A stretch of 64,000 nt of DNA from an uncultured bacterium (lineage in GTDB: Bacteria > Desulfobacterota > Deferrimicrobia > Deferrimicrobiales > Deferrimicrobiaceae), in contig CAZTFC010000007.1 of the NCBI GenBank assembly GCA_964612075.1, forward strand, positions 4,249-68,248, given 5' to 3'. This document shows, piece after piece, positions 11,624 to 20,303 of the stretch (positions within the stretch are counted from its first letter, which is position 1; the number at the start of each line of letters is the position of its first letter). The translations under genes and the position numbers were made by a program. The notes beneath the pieces were generated by a model. It was not told the origin of the DNA. It searched no databases and worked only from the letters and a program-made list of their open reading frames with translations.

Positions 11624-13414
11624 ATGGCGAGGCGCAAAACTCCCGAGGGCATCGACGGCCTGGTGGAAAAAGGGCGGGCGCAGGGATTCGTCACCTACGA
11701 CGAGCTGAACAGCGTCCTTCCCCCCAATGTCCTGACGGGGGACCAGATCGACGACGTCATGGAGATCTTCGGGGAGAACTCCATAGAGGTCGTGGACGAC
11801 TACCAGAAGGTCCCGATCCCCGTCCAGAACCTGCTGATCGGGGAGGAGGCGGCCGCGGAGGAGGAAGAGGAAGAGGCCGCGGTCGAGGAGGAGCCGGCCG
11901 TCGAGGAGGAGTTCGAGTACCCGGGCGGGATCAAGGGGAACGACCCGGTGCGCCTCTACCTGAAGGAGATGGGGGCCATCCCGCTCCTGAACCGCGAGGG
12001 CGAGGTCACCCTCGCGAAGCGGATCGAGGACGGGGAGCGGGAGATCGTATCGTCCGTGAAGAGCTGCTCCATCGCGCTCGACGAGCTGTTCCGGACGGGA
12101 GACAAGCTCCGCAACGGCGAGATCATGGTCCGGGACGTCATCAAGGACCTCGACGAGGAGTCGACGGAGGAGGAGGAGAAGGCGGCGCTCGAGAAGGTGC
12201 TGCGGATCGTCCAGCGCATCCGCCGGACCCACCAGGCCGCCGTCGAGATCGAGCAGCGTCTGCGCAAGGGCGGCCTCCCCGAGAAGGAGCGGACCCTCCA
12301 GAAGAACAAGGTCGCCGCCCACCACGACCGCGTGGTGGAGCTGATCCAGGAGATCCACCTGAAGGAGCGGCAGATCGAGGTGATCGGCGACAAGATCCGC
12401 CGGTACGCCGACCTCGTGGATTCGGCGGAGATGCGCATCCGGGAGTGCTGCGAGAAGGTCCGGCTTCCCGAGAAGGAGCTCCTGCGCCTCTTCAGGGAGA
12501 TCCGGGAGCAGAAGGACGGCCTCTCGAAGGCGGCGTCCAAGTACCACGTGAAGAAGGAGAGGCTGCTCGAGTTCGAGACGATCCTCAAGGAGTCGCGCAA
12601 CGCGATCCGGAAGGTGGAGCGCGAGGCGGGGCTGTCGGCCCCGGAGATCAAGGTGACCCTTTCATCCATCGAGCAGGGCGAGCGGAAGGTCCGGGAGGCC
12701 AAGCGCGAGCTGGTCGAGGCGAACCTCCGGCTGGTGGTGTCGATCGCGAAGAAGTACACGAACCGGGGTCTGCAGTTCCTCGACCTGATCCAGGAAGGCA
12801 ACATCGGCCTCATGAAGGCCGTGGACAAGTTCGAGTACCGCAGGGGATACAAGTTCTCCACGTACGCGACGTGGTGGATCCGGCAGGCGATCACGCGCGC
12901 GATCGCGGACCAGGCGCGGACCATCCGCATCCCGGTCCACATGATCGAGACGATCAACAAGCTCATCCGCACGTCCCGCTACCTGGTGCAGGAGCTGGGG
13001 CGGGAGCCGAGCCCCGAGGAGATCGCGGAGCGGATGGACATCCCGCTCGAGAAGGTCCGCAAGGTCCTGAAGATCGCGAAGGAGCCCATCTCCCTCGAGA
13101 CGCCCATCGGCGAGGAGGAGGACAGCCACCTCGGCGACTTCATCGAGGACAAGAACACGGCGTCCCCGGTGGACTCCGTGATCAACATCGACCTCGCGGA
13201 GCAGGTGGACAAGGTGCTGGGCAGCCTGACGCCGAGGGAGGAGAGGGTCCTGCGGATGCGCTTCGGCATCGGGGAGAAGTCGGACCACACCCTGGAGGAG
13301 GTCGGCCAGGATTTCGAGGTGACCCGGGAGAGGATCCGGCAGATCGAGGCGAAGGCGCTTCGGAAGCTGCGCCACCCGAGCCGCAGCAAGCGGCTCCGGA
13401 CGTTCCTCGAGTAG
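11624..13414 (+). CDS. rpoD: RNA polymerase sigma factor RpoD (sigma70)
   Basis: Acidic region 1.1, then regions 2-4 ([51 protein letters not shown]). ATG at 11624 with a GAGGTGAGGG ribosome-binding site; a GTG at 11612 is an alternative start. Confidence 0.93.
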   Translation: MARRKTPEGIDGLVEKGRAQGFVTYDELNSVLPPNVLTGDQIDDVMEIFGENSIEVVDDYQKVPIPVQNLLIGEEAAAEEEEEEAAVEEEPAVEEEFEYPGGIKGNDPVRLYLKEMGAIPLLNREGEVTLAKRIEDGEREIVSSVKSCSIALDELFRTGDKLRNGEIMVRDVIKDLDEESTEEEEKAALEKVLRIVQRIRRTHQAAVEIEQRLRKGGLPEKERTLQKNKVAAHHDRVVELIQEIHLKERQIEVIGDKIRRYADLVDSAEMRIRECCEKVRLPEKELLRLFREIREQKDGLSKAASKYHVKKERLLEFETILKESRNAIRKVEREAGLSAPEIKVTLSSIEQGERKVREAKRELVEANLRLVVSIAKKYTNRGLQFLDLIQEGNIGLMKAVDKFEYRRGYKFSTYATWWIRQAITRAIADQARTIRIPVHMIETINKLIRTSRYLVQELGREPSPEEIAERMDIPLEKVRKVLKIAKEPISLETPIGEEEDSHLGDFIEDKNTASPVDSVINIDLAEQVDKVLGSLTPREERVLRMRFGIGEKSDHTLEEVGQDFEVTRERIRQIEAKALRKLRHPSRSKRLRTFLE

Positions 13415-13434
13415 CGGGGCGCCGCGGAAGGGCG

Positions 13435-13461
13435 TTGACACCGGGGAGGCGGCGGTATAAT
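13435..13461 (+). promoter_or_regulatory. sigma70-like promoter for the tRNA gene
   Basis: Exact TTGACA, then TATAAT after about a 15-nt spacer. If the -10 is read as TAATAT the spacer is 18 nt. Lies about 35 nt upstream of the tRNA 5' end. Confidence 0.5.
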
Positions 13462-13492
13462 AATATACGTTTACGCCCGATAACATCGATTC

Positions 13493-13569
13493 GGGCCCAT
13501 AGCTCAGTTGGTCAGAGCCACCGGCTCATAACCGGTCGGTCCCTGGTTCGAGGCCAGGTGGGCCCACCA
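13493..13569 (+). tRNA. tRNA with CAU anticodon (tRNA-Met elongator, or tRNA-Ile2 if lysidinylated)
   Basis: Manually folded cloverleaf: 7-bp acceptor stem GGGCCCA/TGGGCCC, D-arm GCTCAGTTGGTCAGAGC, anticodon arm ACCGG-CTCATAA-CCGGT, T-arm CCTGGTTCGAGGCCAGG, encoded CCA. G1-C72 pairing argues against an initiator tRNA. Confidence 0.88.
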
Positions 13570-13623
13570 ATGAAGAAGCGCCTATGCTCCAACGGATGAC
13601 CAGGTCGAACCGCGCGGCAAGGG

Positions 13624-13655
13624 AAAATGCACCGGGAACCGGTGCATTTTTGTTT
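13624..13655 (+). terminator. intrinsic terminator downstream of the tRNA
   Basis: Perfect hairpin AAAATGCACCGG-GAA-CCGGTGCATTTT followed by a TGTTTG U-tract. Confidence 0.7.
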
Positions 13656-13672
13656 GACGGGGCGCGGTCCCG

Positions 13673-14824
13673 GTGAGGCGCGGCCCCGTCACCGTGGAGG
13701 ACGTCCGGCGGGCTCTCGACGAAGAGTATCCGTTCGCTCACAAGGAGGATTGGGACAACGTGGGGATCCTCGTGGGAGACCCCGCCGCGCCCGTCCGGAC
13801 GATCGCGGTCGCCCTGACCGCCACGCCCGGCGTGCTCGCCGCCCTGAGGCGCCGCTCCGCCGACCTGCTCGTCACCCATCACCCCGTCCTGTTCTCCCCC
13901 GTCAAGGCCCTCCGGCCGGACCATCCCGCTTCCTCCGCGGCGTACCACCTTCTGCGGGCGGGCATATCCGCGATCTCGGCGCACACCAACGCCGACGCCG
14001 CCCCCCGCGGGGTGTCGCACGCGATGGCCCGCGCCCTGCGCCTCGCGGGGATCCGGCCGCTGGTCCCGGGGGAGCCCTCTTCCGATTCCTGCAGGATCGT
14101 AGTGTTCGTACCGGAGACGCACGCGGACGAGGTCCTTTCGGCCGCGGATTCGGCCGGCGCGGCGCGGATCGGTTCCTACTCCCGCTGCTCGTTCCGCTCG
14201 ATGGGCACGGGGTCGTTCCGCGGGGACGCGGGGTCCGCGCCGTTTTCGGGAGCCCCGGGGCGCGAGGAGCGCGTGGAGGAGGTCCGCCTCGAGACGGTCG
14301 CGGCGGGGGCCCTCGTCCCGCGGGTGCTGAGGGCGATACGGGATGCACACCCGTACGAAGAGCCCGTCGTCGACGTCATCCCGCTGCGCGGCGGCGCTTT
14401 GGGGGGCGGGATCGGAGCCGTGGGCGAGCTTCCGGCCCCGCTGTCCCTGGCGGAGGCGCTCGGCGCGGTCCGGCGGCGCCTGCGCCCCGCGTGGATCAAG
14501 GCGGCGGGCCCCCGGCGCGGGACGGTGCGCCGCGTGGCGGTCGTGGGAGGGAGCGGCGGGGAATACCTGCGCGCCGCGCTCGAGGCGGGCGCGGACCTCT
14601 TCGTCACGGGGGACGTGAAATACCACCAGGCGCTCGAGGCGGAAAGCGCGGGGATTCCCGTGGCGGACATCGGGCATGCCTCGGGGGAGCGGTGGATCCT
14701 GCCGGAGTTCCGGCGGGTCCTCCTCGAGCGATTTCGCGGCGCCGTCACGGTCCGCGTCATGGATGAAACGGAGCCCCTGCGGCTTATCGCCGCGGGGCGA
14801 TCACGGGGAGGGAAAAGACCTTGA
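13673..14824 (+). CDS. Nif3-family dinuclear metal centre protein (GTP cyclohydrolase 1 type 2 homologue)
   Basis: Conserved Nif3 motifs: DNVGILVGD, the ...HHP... region, and SAHTNAD. GTG start. Confidence 0.85.
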   Translation: MRRGPVTVEDVRRALDEEYPFAHKEDWDNVGILVGDPAAPVRTIAVALTATPGVLAALRRRSADLLVTHHPVLFSPVKALRPDHPASSAAYHLLRAGISAISAHTNADAAPRGVSHAMARALRLAGIRPLVPGEPSSDSCRIVVFVPETHADEVLSAADSAGAARIGSYSRCSFRSMGTGSFRGDAGSAPFSGAPGREERVEEVRLETVAAGALVPRVLRAIRDAHPYEEPVVDVIPLRGGALGGGIGAVGELPAPLSLAEALGAVRRRLRPAWIKAAGPRRGTVRRVAVVGGSGGEYLRAALEAGADLFVTGDVKYHQALEAESAGIPVADIGHASGERWILPEFRRVLLERFRGAVTVRVMDETEPLRLIAAGRSRGGKRP

Positions 14825-15549
14825 TGGAGCAGGTGAGGCACCTGATCGAAATGCAGGAGATCATGAGCCAGGCGAAACGCCTCGAGGACGAGAAGCGCAG
14901 GATTCCGCTCGAGGTGGCGGACCTGAAGGGTCTCTTCGAGGAGCGGGAGGCGGCGTTCCTCGCTGCGGACCAGGAGTTCGAGGAGCTGAAGAGACAGCGG
15001 CGGGAGAAGGAGCGGGAGATCGAGGAGGAGCGGGACAAGGTCGAGAAGGCCAAGGCGAAGCTCATGTCGATCAAGACCAACAAGGAATATTACGCCATGC
15101 TCAAGGAGATCGAGGGGACCCGGCGGACCAACTCCGCCCGGGAGGAAGAGCTTCTCTCCCTCCTTTCGAAGTACGAGGAGTCGGAAAAACGGCTCTCCGA
15201 GCGGAAAGCCGAGCTGGACGAAGTGACGGGGAAGTACCGGGAGCGGATGGCCGAGGTCGAGGCGCGGATGGGCTCCTTCGACGAGGACATCGCGAAGATC
15301 CTGGACCGCAAGCGCCAGGTGGCGCTGAACCTGGACGCGGCGCTCGTCCGCCGTTTCGAGATGATCTTCGAGAGGCGCGAGGGGCTGGCCATCATCGCGG
15401 CGAGGAACTACTGCTGCACCGGCTGCCACATGAACATCTCGCCCCAGCTCTACAACATGCTGCAGCGGGACGACAAGATCCTCACCTGCCCCAACTGCAA
15501 CCGGATCCTCTATTACGAGCCGCCGGAAGACAAGGCGGCGGGCGAGTGA
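14824..15549 (+). CDS. C4-type zinc-ribbon domain protein (COG1579-like), coiled-coil
   Basis: Long coiled-coil followed by CTGCHMNISPQ...CPNCNRILY. The usual partner of Nif3. Start overlaps the Nif3 stop (TGATG). Confidence 0.8.
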   Translation: MEQVRHLIEMQEIMSQAKRLEDEKRRIPLEVADLKGLFEEREAAFLAADQEFEELKRQRREKEREIEEERDKVEKAKAKLMSIKTNKEYYAMLKEIEGTRRTNSAREEELLSLLSKYEESEKRLSERKAELDEVTGKYRERMAEVEARMGSFDEDIAKILDRKRQVALNLDAALVRRFEMIFERREGLAIIAARNYCCTGCHMNISPQLYNMLQRDDKILTCPNCNRILYYEPPEDKAAGE

Positions 15550-15962
15550 GCCCCGGCTCCGTCACGGTCCGCGTCGACGGGGCGAGCCGGGGGAACCCGG
15601 GTCCCGCGGGCATCGGCGCCGTCGTCGAGTTCGGCGACGGGCGGCCGCCGATGGAGCTGTGCGAGTACATCGGCGAGACGACCAACAACGTGGCGGAATA
15701 CCGCGCCCTGCTCCTGGCGCTCCAGGAGGCGCAGCGGCTCGCTCCCGGGGACGCCCTGACCGTGTACTCCGATTCCGAGCTGCTCGTCCGCCAGCTCAAC
15801 GGGAAATACAAGGTGAAGGCGGAGCATCTCCGGCCGCTGTACGTCGAGGCCTGCCGCCGGTTGCGGGCGTTCCCGGCGGCCCGTATACTGCATGTAGGGC
15901 GCGAGGAGAACCGGAAGGCCGACCTTCTGGCGAACCTGGCGATCGACCAGCATCGCGGATAG
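15546..15962 (+). CDS. RNase H type-1-like domain protein
   Basis: RNase H-like catalytic residues: VDGASRGNPGPAGIG, NNVAEYRAL, YSDSELLV, REENRKADLLAN. GTG start overlaps the upstream stop (GTGA). Confidence 0.78.
   Translation: MSPGSVTVRVDGASRGNPGPAGIGAVVEFGDGRPPMELCEYIGETTNNVAEYRALLLALQEAQRLAPGDALTVYSDSELLVRQLNGKYKVKAEHLRPLYVEACRRLRAFPAARILHVGREENRKADLLANLAIDQHRG
15861..15889 (+). promoter_or_regulatory. putative internal promoter for rnpB
   Basis: TTGCGG, 17-nt spacer, TATACT inside the 3' part of the RNase H-like gene, about 75 nt upstream of the rnpB 5' helix. Could be a chance hexamer pair. Confidence 0.3.
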
Positions 15963-15964
15963 CG

Positions 15965-16374
15965 CTCGAGGAGGCCAGGCGGCCGCCGGCCCCGTTTCGG
16001 GGCGGGAGGAAAGTCCGGGCTCCGCAGGGCAGGGTGCCGGGTAACGCCCGGTGGGGGCGACCCCGAGGACAGTGCCACAGAAAACACACCGCCTCCCGCC
16101 GTTTCGGCGGGCGGTAAGGGTGAAATGGTGAGGTAAGAGCTCACCGCGCGGCGGGCGACCGTCGCGGCACGGCAAACCCCACCCGGAGCAAGGCCGAATA
16201 GGAGGGCATTTCCCCGGGCGGTTCTTTTCGCCCGGGGGATAAGGGCTGCCCGCCCGAAGCCCTCGGGTCCAGGCCGCTCAAGGCGCGCGGCAACGCGCGT
16301 CGTAGAGAAATGGCCGCCACGCGGCAAAGGCGTCTCGCCGCGCACGGAACCCGGCTTACGGCCTCCTCGGGCGC
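15965..16374 (+). ncRNA. rnpB: RNase P RNA (bacterial type A)
   Basis: Universal elements read directly: GGAGGAAAGTCCGGGCTCC, CAGGGCAGGGTGCCGGGTAACGCCCGGTGGGGG, GACAGTGCCACAGAAAACA, GGTAAGGGTGAAATGGTGAGGTAAGAGCTCACC, GCAAACCCCACCCGGAGCAAGGCCGAATAGG, GAACCCGGCTTA. P1 pairs CGAGGAGGCC with GGCCTCCTCG. Confidence 0.92.
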
Positions 16375-16466
16375 TTTTCCCCCGTCCGCTTCCCACGGAA
16401 ACGAACCGAAAAGCCCACCCACCCCGCCGCCGGGGAAATTTTCCTTTGAAAATGCATTGAAATACC

Positions 16467-16494
16467 TTGACACCCCTTTCTTCACTTGTAGAAT
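16467..16494 (+). promoter_or_regulatory. sigma70-like promoter of the division/cell-wall cluster (Pmra)
   Basis: TTGACA, 16-nt spacer, TAGAAT, preceded by an A/T-rich UP-like tract (GAAATTTTCCTTTGAAAATGCATTGAAATA). Confidence 0.5.
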
Positions 16495-16503
16495 ATTCCC
16501 CAA

Positions 16504-16528
16504 GTGGGTAATCGTGGGGAAAGGTGGG
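16504..16528 (+). promoter_or_regulatory. MraZ operator: three GTGGG direct repeats
   Basis: GTGGGtaatcGTGGGgaaagGTGGG, with 5-nt spacers giving 10-bp phasing. Lies between the promoter and mraZ, matching the known MraZ binding architecture. Confidence 0.6.
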
Positions 16529-16538
16529 TAAGGTCCCA

Positions 16539-16991
16539 GTGATCTTCCGAGGCCGCTTCGAATATACCATCGATCCCAAAGGGCGCGTGAACGTCCCCGC
16601 CCCTTTCCGCGAGCGCCTGCAGGAAACCGGCCAGGAATCCTTCTTCATCACGAATTACTCCGGCTGCCTCTACGTGTTCGCGGCGGAGGACTGGGCGCGC
16701 ATCGAAGAGCGGGCCGCCCTGGTCCCGACCACCGACCGGCGCATGAACACCTTCGTCCGGTTCTTCGTCGGCGGGGCGGTGGAGGCGGTTCCCGACAAGC
16801 AGGGACGGATCCTGATTCCGCCTTCGCTGCGCAATTACGCCGGCCTGGAGAAGGAGGTCGTCATCCAGGGGATGCCCAACCGGTTCGAGGTCTGGTCGCT
16901 CGCGCGCTGGCAGGAGGAGCTGGGCCGGTTCGAAAAAGAAGTCAAGGACGACCCCGAGTTCGCCAAAGAGATCAGCGAGCTCGGGATCTGA
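16539..16991 (+). CDS. mraZ: division/cell wall cluster transcriptional regulator MraZ
   Basis: Two MraZ repeats (IFRGRFEYTIDPKGRVNVP ... KQGRILIPPSLR). The start is set at GTG 16539, because the tracked GTG at 16524 lies inside the operator repeats. Confidence 0.88.
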   Translation: MIFRGRFEYTIDPKGRVNVPAPFRERLQETGQESFFITNYSGCLYVFAAEDWARIEERAALVPTTDRRMNTFVRFFVGGAVEAVPDKQGRILIPPSLRNYAGLEKEVVIQGMPNRFEVWSLARWQEELGRFEKEVKDDPEFAKEISELGI

Positions 16992-16994
16992 CCC

Positions 16995-17921
16995 TTGGCG
17001 ACCGGACATATCCCCGTTCTTTTCCAGGAGACGTTGGGATTGCTTGAACCCTCCCCCGGCGAGGTCTTCCTCGACGGGACGACCGGGGCCGGGGGGCACG
17101 CCGCGGAGATCGCAAGGCGGGTCGGCCCGGGCGGCCTGCTGGTCTGCGCGGACGAGGACCCGTCGATGCTCTCGGTCGCCGCGGAAAAACTGGCGCAGTT
17201 CCCCTGGGTCCGTGCGGTCCAGACGGACTTCTCGGACTTCGCCTCCCTGCGGGAGGCGGCCGGCGGCAGGAGGTTCGACGGCATGCTCCTCGACCTCGGG
17301 ATCTCCTCGCTCCAGCTCGACGACCCCTCGCGCGGTTTCTCCTTCCGGGAGGAAGGACCGCTCGACATGCGGCGCCACCCCGGGGGAGACAGGCCGACCG
17401 CGGCGGAGATCCTGCGGGACGCGCGGGAGGAGGAGCTGGCCGACATTTTCTACCTTTTCGGGGAAGAGCGTTTCTCGCGCCGCATCGCCCGGGCCGTGGC
17501 GGAGCGCAGGAGGAGGGAGCCGATCCGCACGACCATGGAGCTGGCCCGGCTGGTCGCCGCGGCGATCCCCCGCAGGGCGTGGCCCAGGGACATCCACCCC
17601 GCCACGCGGGTGTTCCAGGCGCTCCGGATCGCGGTGAACCGGGAGCTTTCCTCCCTCGAGGCCTTCCTGGACGGATTCCCCGAGCACCTTTCCCCCGGGG
17701 GCAGGGTGGCGGTGATCAGCTTCCACTCCCTCGAGGACCGGCTGGTGAAGACGGCGTTTCGCCGGCTGGGACGGGCGGAGAAAGGCGAAAGCGCGGCGTT
17801 CCGGTCGCTGACCCGGAAGCCGGTGGTCCCGACGGAACGGGAGAGCCGTGAAAATCCCAGGGCCCGGAGCGCGAAGCTCCGGGCGGCGCGCAAGGCGCTT
17901 CTGGAGGAGGAATCGACATGA
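16995..17921 (+). CDS. rsmH: 16S rRNA (cytosine1402-N4)-methyltransferase RsmH
   Basis: HIPVL...DGTTGAGGH SAM-binding motif. TTG start. Confidence 0.9.
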   Translation: MATGHIPVLFQETLGLLEPSPGEVFLDGTTGAGGHAAEIARRVGPGGLLVCADEDPSMLSVAAEKLAQFPWVRAVQTDFSDFASLREAAGGRRFDGMLLDLGISSLQLDDPSRGFSFREEGPLDMRRHPGGDRPTAAEILRDAREEELADIFYLFGEERFSRRIARAVAERRRREPIRTTMELARLVAAAIPRRAWPRDIHPATRVFQALRIAVNRELSSLEAFLDGFPEHLSPGGRVAVISFHSLEDRLVKTAFRRLGRAEKGESAAFRSLTRKPVVPTERESRENPRARSAKLRAARKALLEEEST

Positions 17922-18250
17922 CGAAGATCACCGTGGGCAACGGCGTCTACATCATCTCGGAGATCCGCAGGGAAGCCCCGCCGATCCCCGCCGTCCCGCG
18001 CCGCAGGGCGTTCCTCGTTCTGCTGGCCGTGCTGCTCGGCATCGGCCTCTTCAACGTATGGCTCTCGGGGCTTTACATCCGGACGGGGTACCGGGTATCC
18101 ACCGCGCTGGAGGAGAAGCGGACCCTCCAGATGCAGAAGGACGTCCTGCGGACCGAGATCCTCGCGCTGAAGAGCCCGGCGCGCATCGATACCATCGCCC
18201 GCAACCAGCTGGGGATGGTGGACCCCCGGATGGAGGGGGTCATCCGGTGA
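17918..18250 (+). CDS. ftsL: cell division protein FtsL
   Basis: 110 aa; single transmembrane helix plus coiled-coil. Sits between rsmH and ftsI. ATGA overlap with rsmH. Confidence 0.8.
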   Translation: MTKITVGNGVYIISEIRREAPPIPAVPRRRAFLVLLAVLLGIGLFNVWLSGLYIRTGYRVSTALEEKRTLQMQKDVLRTEILALKSPARIDTIARNQLGMVDPRMEGVIR

Positions 18251-18251
18251 G

Positions 18252-20303
18252 ATGATCCCGCGCGCGCGCCTGATCCTCGGGGTACTCCTTTCGCTCTACG
18301 TTCTCGTCGTCGCCAGGGCCTTCCACATCCAGGTCCTCGGGGTGAAAGGGATCCGCGAGAGGGGCGCGAAGCAATACGGGACCTCCATCCCGCTCGTCCC
18401 GAAGCGGGGCGTGATCCACGACAGGAACGGCAGCGAGCTCGCGGTGAGCATCGCGACGAAATCGATCTTCGTCCAGCCCGCGAAGCTTTCGGATCCCCGG
18501 AAGGCCGCCGTCCTCCTCGCCCCCAGGGTCTCGCGCCCGGCCTCGGAACTGAAGAAGCTGTTCTCGTCGGACAAGAGCTTCGTCTGGGTGCGCCGGCAGA
18601 TGCCCTCGACGGCCGCGGACGAGGCGGTCCTCGAGGTGAAGGAGGCGCTGGCCGCCCGCGACCCGCGCGCCCGCGGGAAGGCCTCGGCCGTCGAAGGGAT
18701 CGGCACCGTCGAGGAGCCGAAGCGCTTCTACCCCAACCGGGAGCTCGCCGCCTCCCTGCTCGGCTTCACGAACCTGGACTGCGAGGGGATCGAGGGGGTC
18801 GAGCTCGCCCTGGACAATTACCTGCGCGGGGAGCGGGCGTACCTGGTCTGCGAGCGAGATGCCCGGGGACGGCTCATCGTCCCCGCGAGCACGTCCCTTG
18901 AGGTCAACTCCAGGGGGCACTCGGTGACCCTGACGATCGACCGGAACATACAGCACATCGCGGAGAAGGAGCTCCAGGCCGCCGTGGCGAAGTACAGGGC
19001 CCGCGGCGGGATGGCGCTGGTGCTGTCCCCGAAGACGGGCGAGGTGCTGGCGATGGCGACCACCCCGACGTTCAACCCGAACGCGCCCGCCGGCGCGCCG
19101 GCCTCGGCACGGAGGAACCAGCCGCTGACGGACAGCTTCGAGCCCGGGTCCACCTTCAAGGTGTTCACGCTGGCGTCGGCCCTCGAAATGGGCGCGATCC
19201 GGAAATCGGACATGTTCTTCTGCGAGAACGGCAAGTACGCCTACGCGGGAAGGACGATCCACGACACGCACAAATACGGTTGGCTCAACGGGGCGGACAT
19301 CCTCAAGGTCTCGAGCAACATCGGGATCACGAAGATCAACGAACGGATGAACGGCGACCGCTTCTACGACATGATCCGCGCCTTCGGGTTCGGCTCCCGC
19401 ACCGGCATCGAGCTCAAGGGGGAGGTCCCGGGGATCGGCCCCTCCAGGAGCGCCTTCAACAGCCGCATCCGCCGCGCCACGGTCTCCTTCGGGCAGGGGA
19501 TCGCCGTGACCCCGGTGCAGCTGGCCGCCGGGATGTCGGCGGTCATCAACGGCGGCAGGATGATGAAGCCCTACATCGTGCGGGAGATCCTCGATCCCGA
19601 GGGGAACCCGGTGTACCGTGGGCAGCCGCGCGAGCTGCGCCGCGTCCTTTCGCCCCGGACCTCCGCCCAGATGCGCGAGATCCTGGGAAGCGTGGTGCAG
19701 GGGGACGGGACGGGGACGCAGGCCCGGATCAAGGGGTTCCTCGTCGGGGGGAAGACCGGCACGGCGCAGAAGGTGGAGCTTGGCACGGGCAGGTATTCGC
19801 CCGACAAGCGGACCGCGTCCTTCATCGGGTTCCTTCCCCTGCAGGACCCGGAGCTGCTCATCCTCGTCGTGATCGACGAGCCGCGCGGGCAGGTCTACGG
19901 CGGGGTGGTCGCCGCGCCCGCGTTCAACCAGATCGCGGTCAAGACGGCGTACTACCTCGGCATCCAGCCGACGGAGCCCATCGTCGACGCGGAGCCCGGG
20001 AAGGCCGGGAAGCCCGGGGCGATCGAGGCGCCGGGCGGGTCCCGCGGGGTCCGCGTGACGCCCGTGTCCACCGCGGCGTCTCCGAGCCCGATGATCATGC
20101 CGGACCTCGCGGGGCTGTCGATGGGGCGGGTCGTCGACATGATGAACCGGTACCCGGTCAAGCTGTCCATCTCGGGAAGCGGGATCGCCCGCTCCCAGAC
20201 TCCCGTCGCCGGGACCGTCCTTTCGCCGGGCGCCGAGTGCTCGGTGCGGTTCGCCGCGGAAAGCTCTCCGGTGAAGGTCGCGACGAAGGAGGGGAGTCGT
20301 TGA
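18252..20303 (+). CDS. ftsI: peptidoglycan D,D-transpeptidase FtsI (PBP3) with C-terminal PASTA-like domain
   Basis: N-terminal TM helix, dimerisation domain, transpeptidase motifs (SxxK region, KTGTA). C-terminal about 70 aa resemble a PASTA domain (PDLAGLSMGRVV...VKLSISGSG). Confidence 0.9.
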   Translation: MIPRARLILGVLLSLYVLVVARAFHIQVLGVKGIRERGAKQYGTSIPLVPKRGVIHDRNGSELAVSIATKSIFVQPAKLSDPRKAAVLLAPRVSRPASELKKLFSSDKSFVWVRRQMPSTAADEAVLEVKEALAARDPRARGKASAVEGIGTVEEPKRFYPNRELAASLLGFTNLDCEGIEGVELALDNYLRGERAYLVCERDARGRLIVPASTSLEVNSRGHSVTLTIDRNIQHIAEKELQAAVAKYRARGGMALVLSPKTGEVLAMATTPTFNPNAPAGAPASARRNQPLTDSFEPGSTFKVFTLASALEMGAIRKSDMFFCENGKYAYAGRTIHDTHKYGWLNGADILKVSSNIGITKINERMNGDRFYDMIRAFGFGSRTGIELKGEVPGIGPSRSAFNSRIRRATVSFGQGIAVTPVQLAAGMSAVINGGRMMKPYIVREILDPEGNPVYRGQPRELRRVLSPRTSAQMREILGSVVQGDGTGTQARIKGFLVGGKTGTAQKVELGTGRYSPDKRTASFIGFLPLQDPELLILVVIDEPRGQVYGGVVAAPAFNQIAVKTAYYLGIQPTEPIVDAEPGKAGKPGAIEAPGGSRGVRVTPVSTAASPSPMIMPDLAGLSMGRVVDMMNRYPVKLSISGSGIARSQTPVAGTVLSPGAECSVRFAAESSPVKVATKEGSR

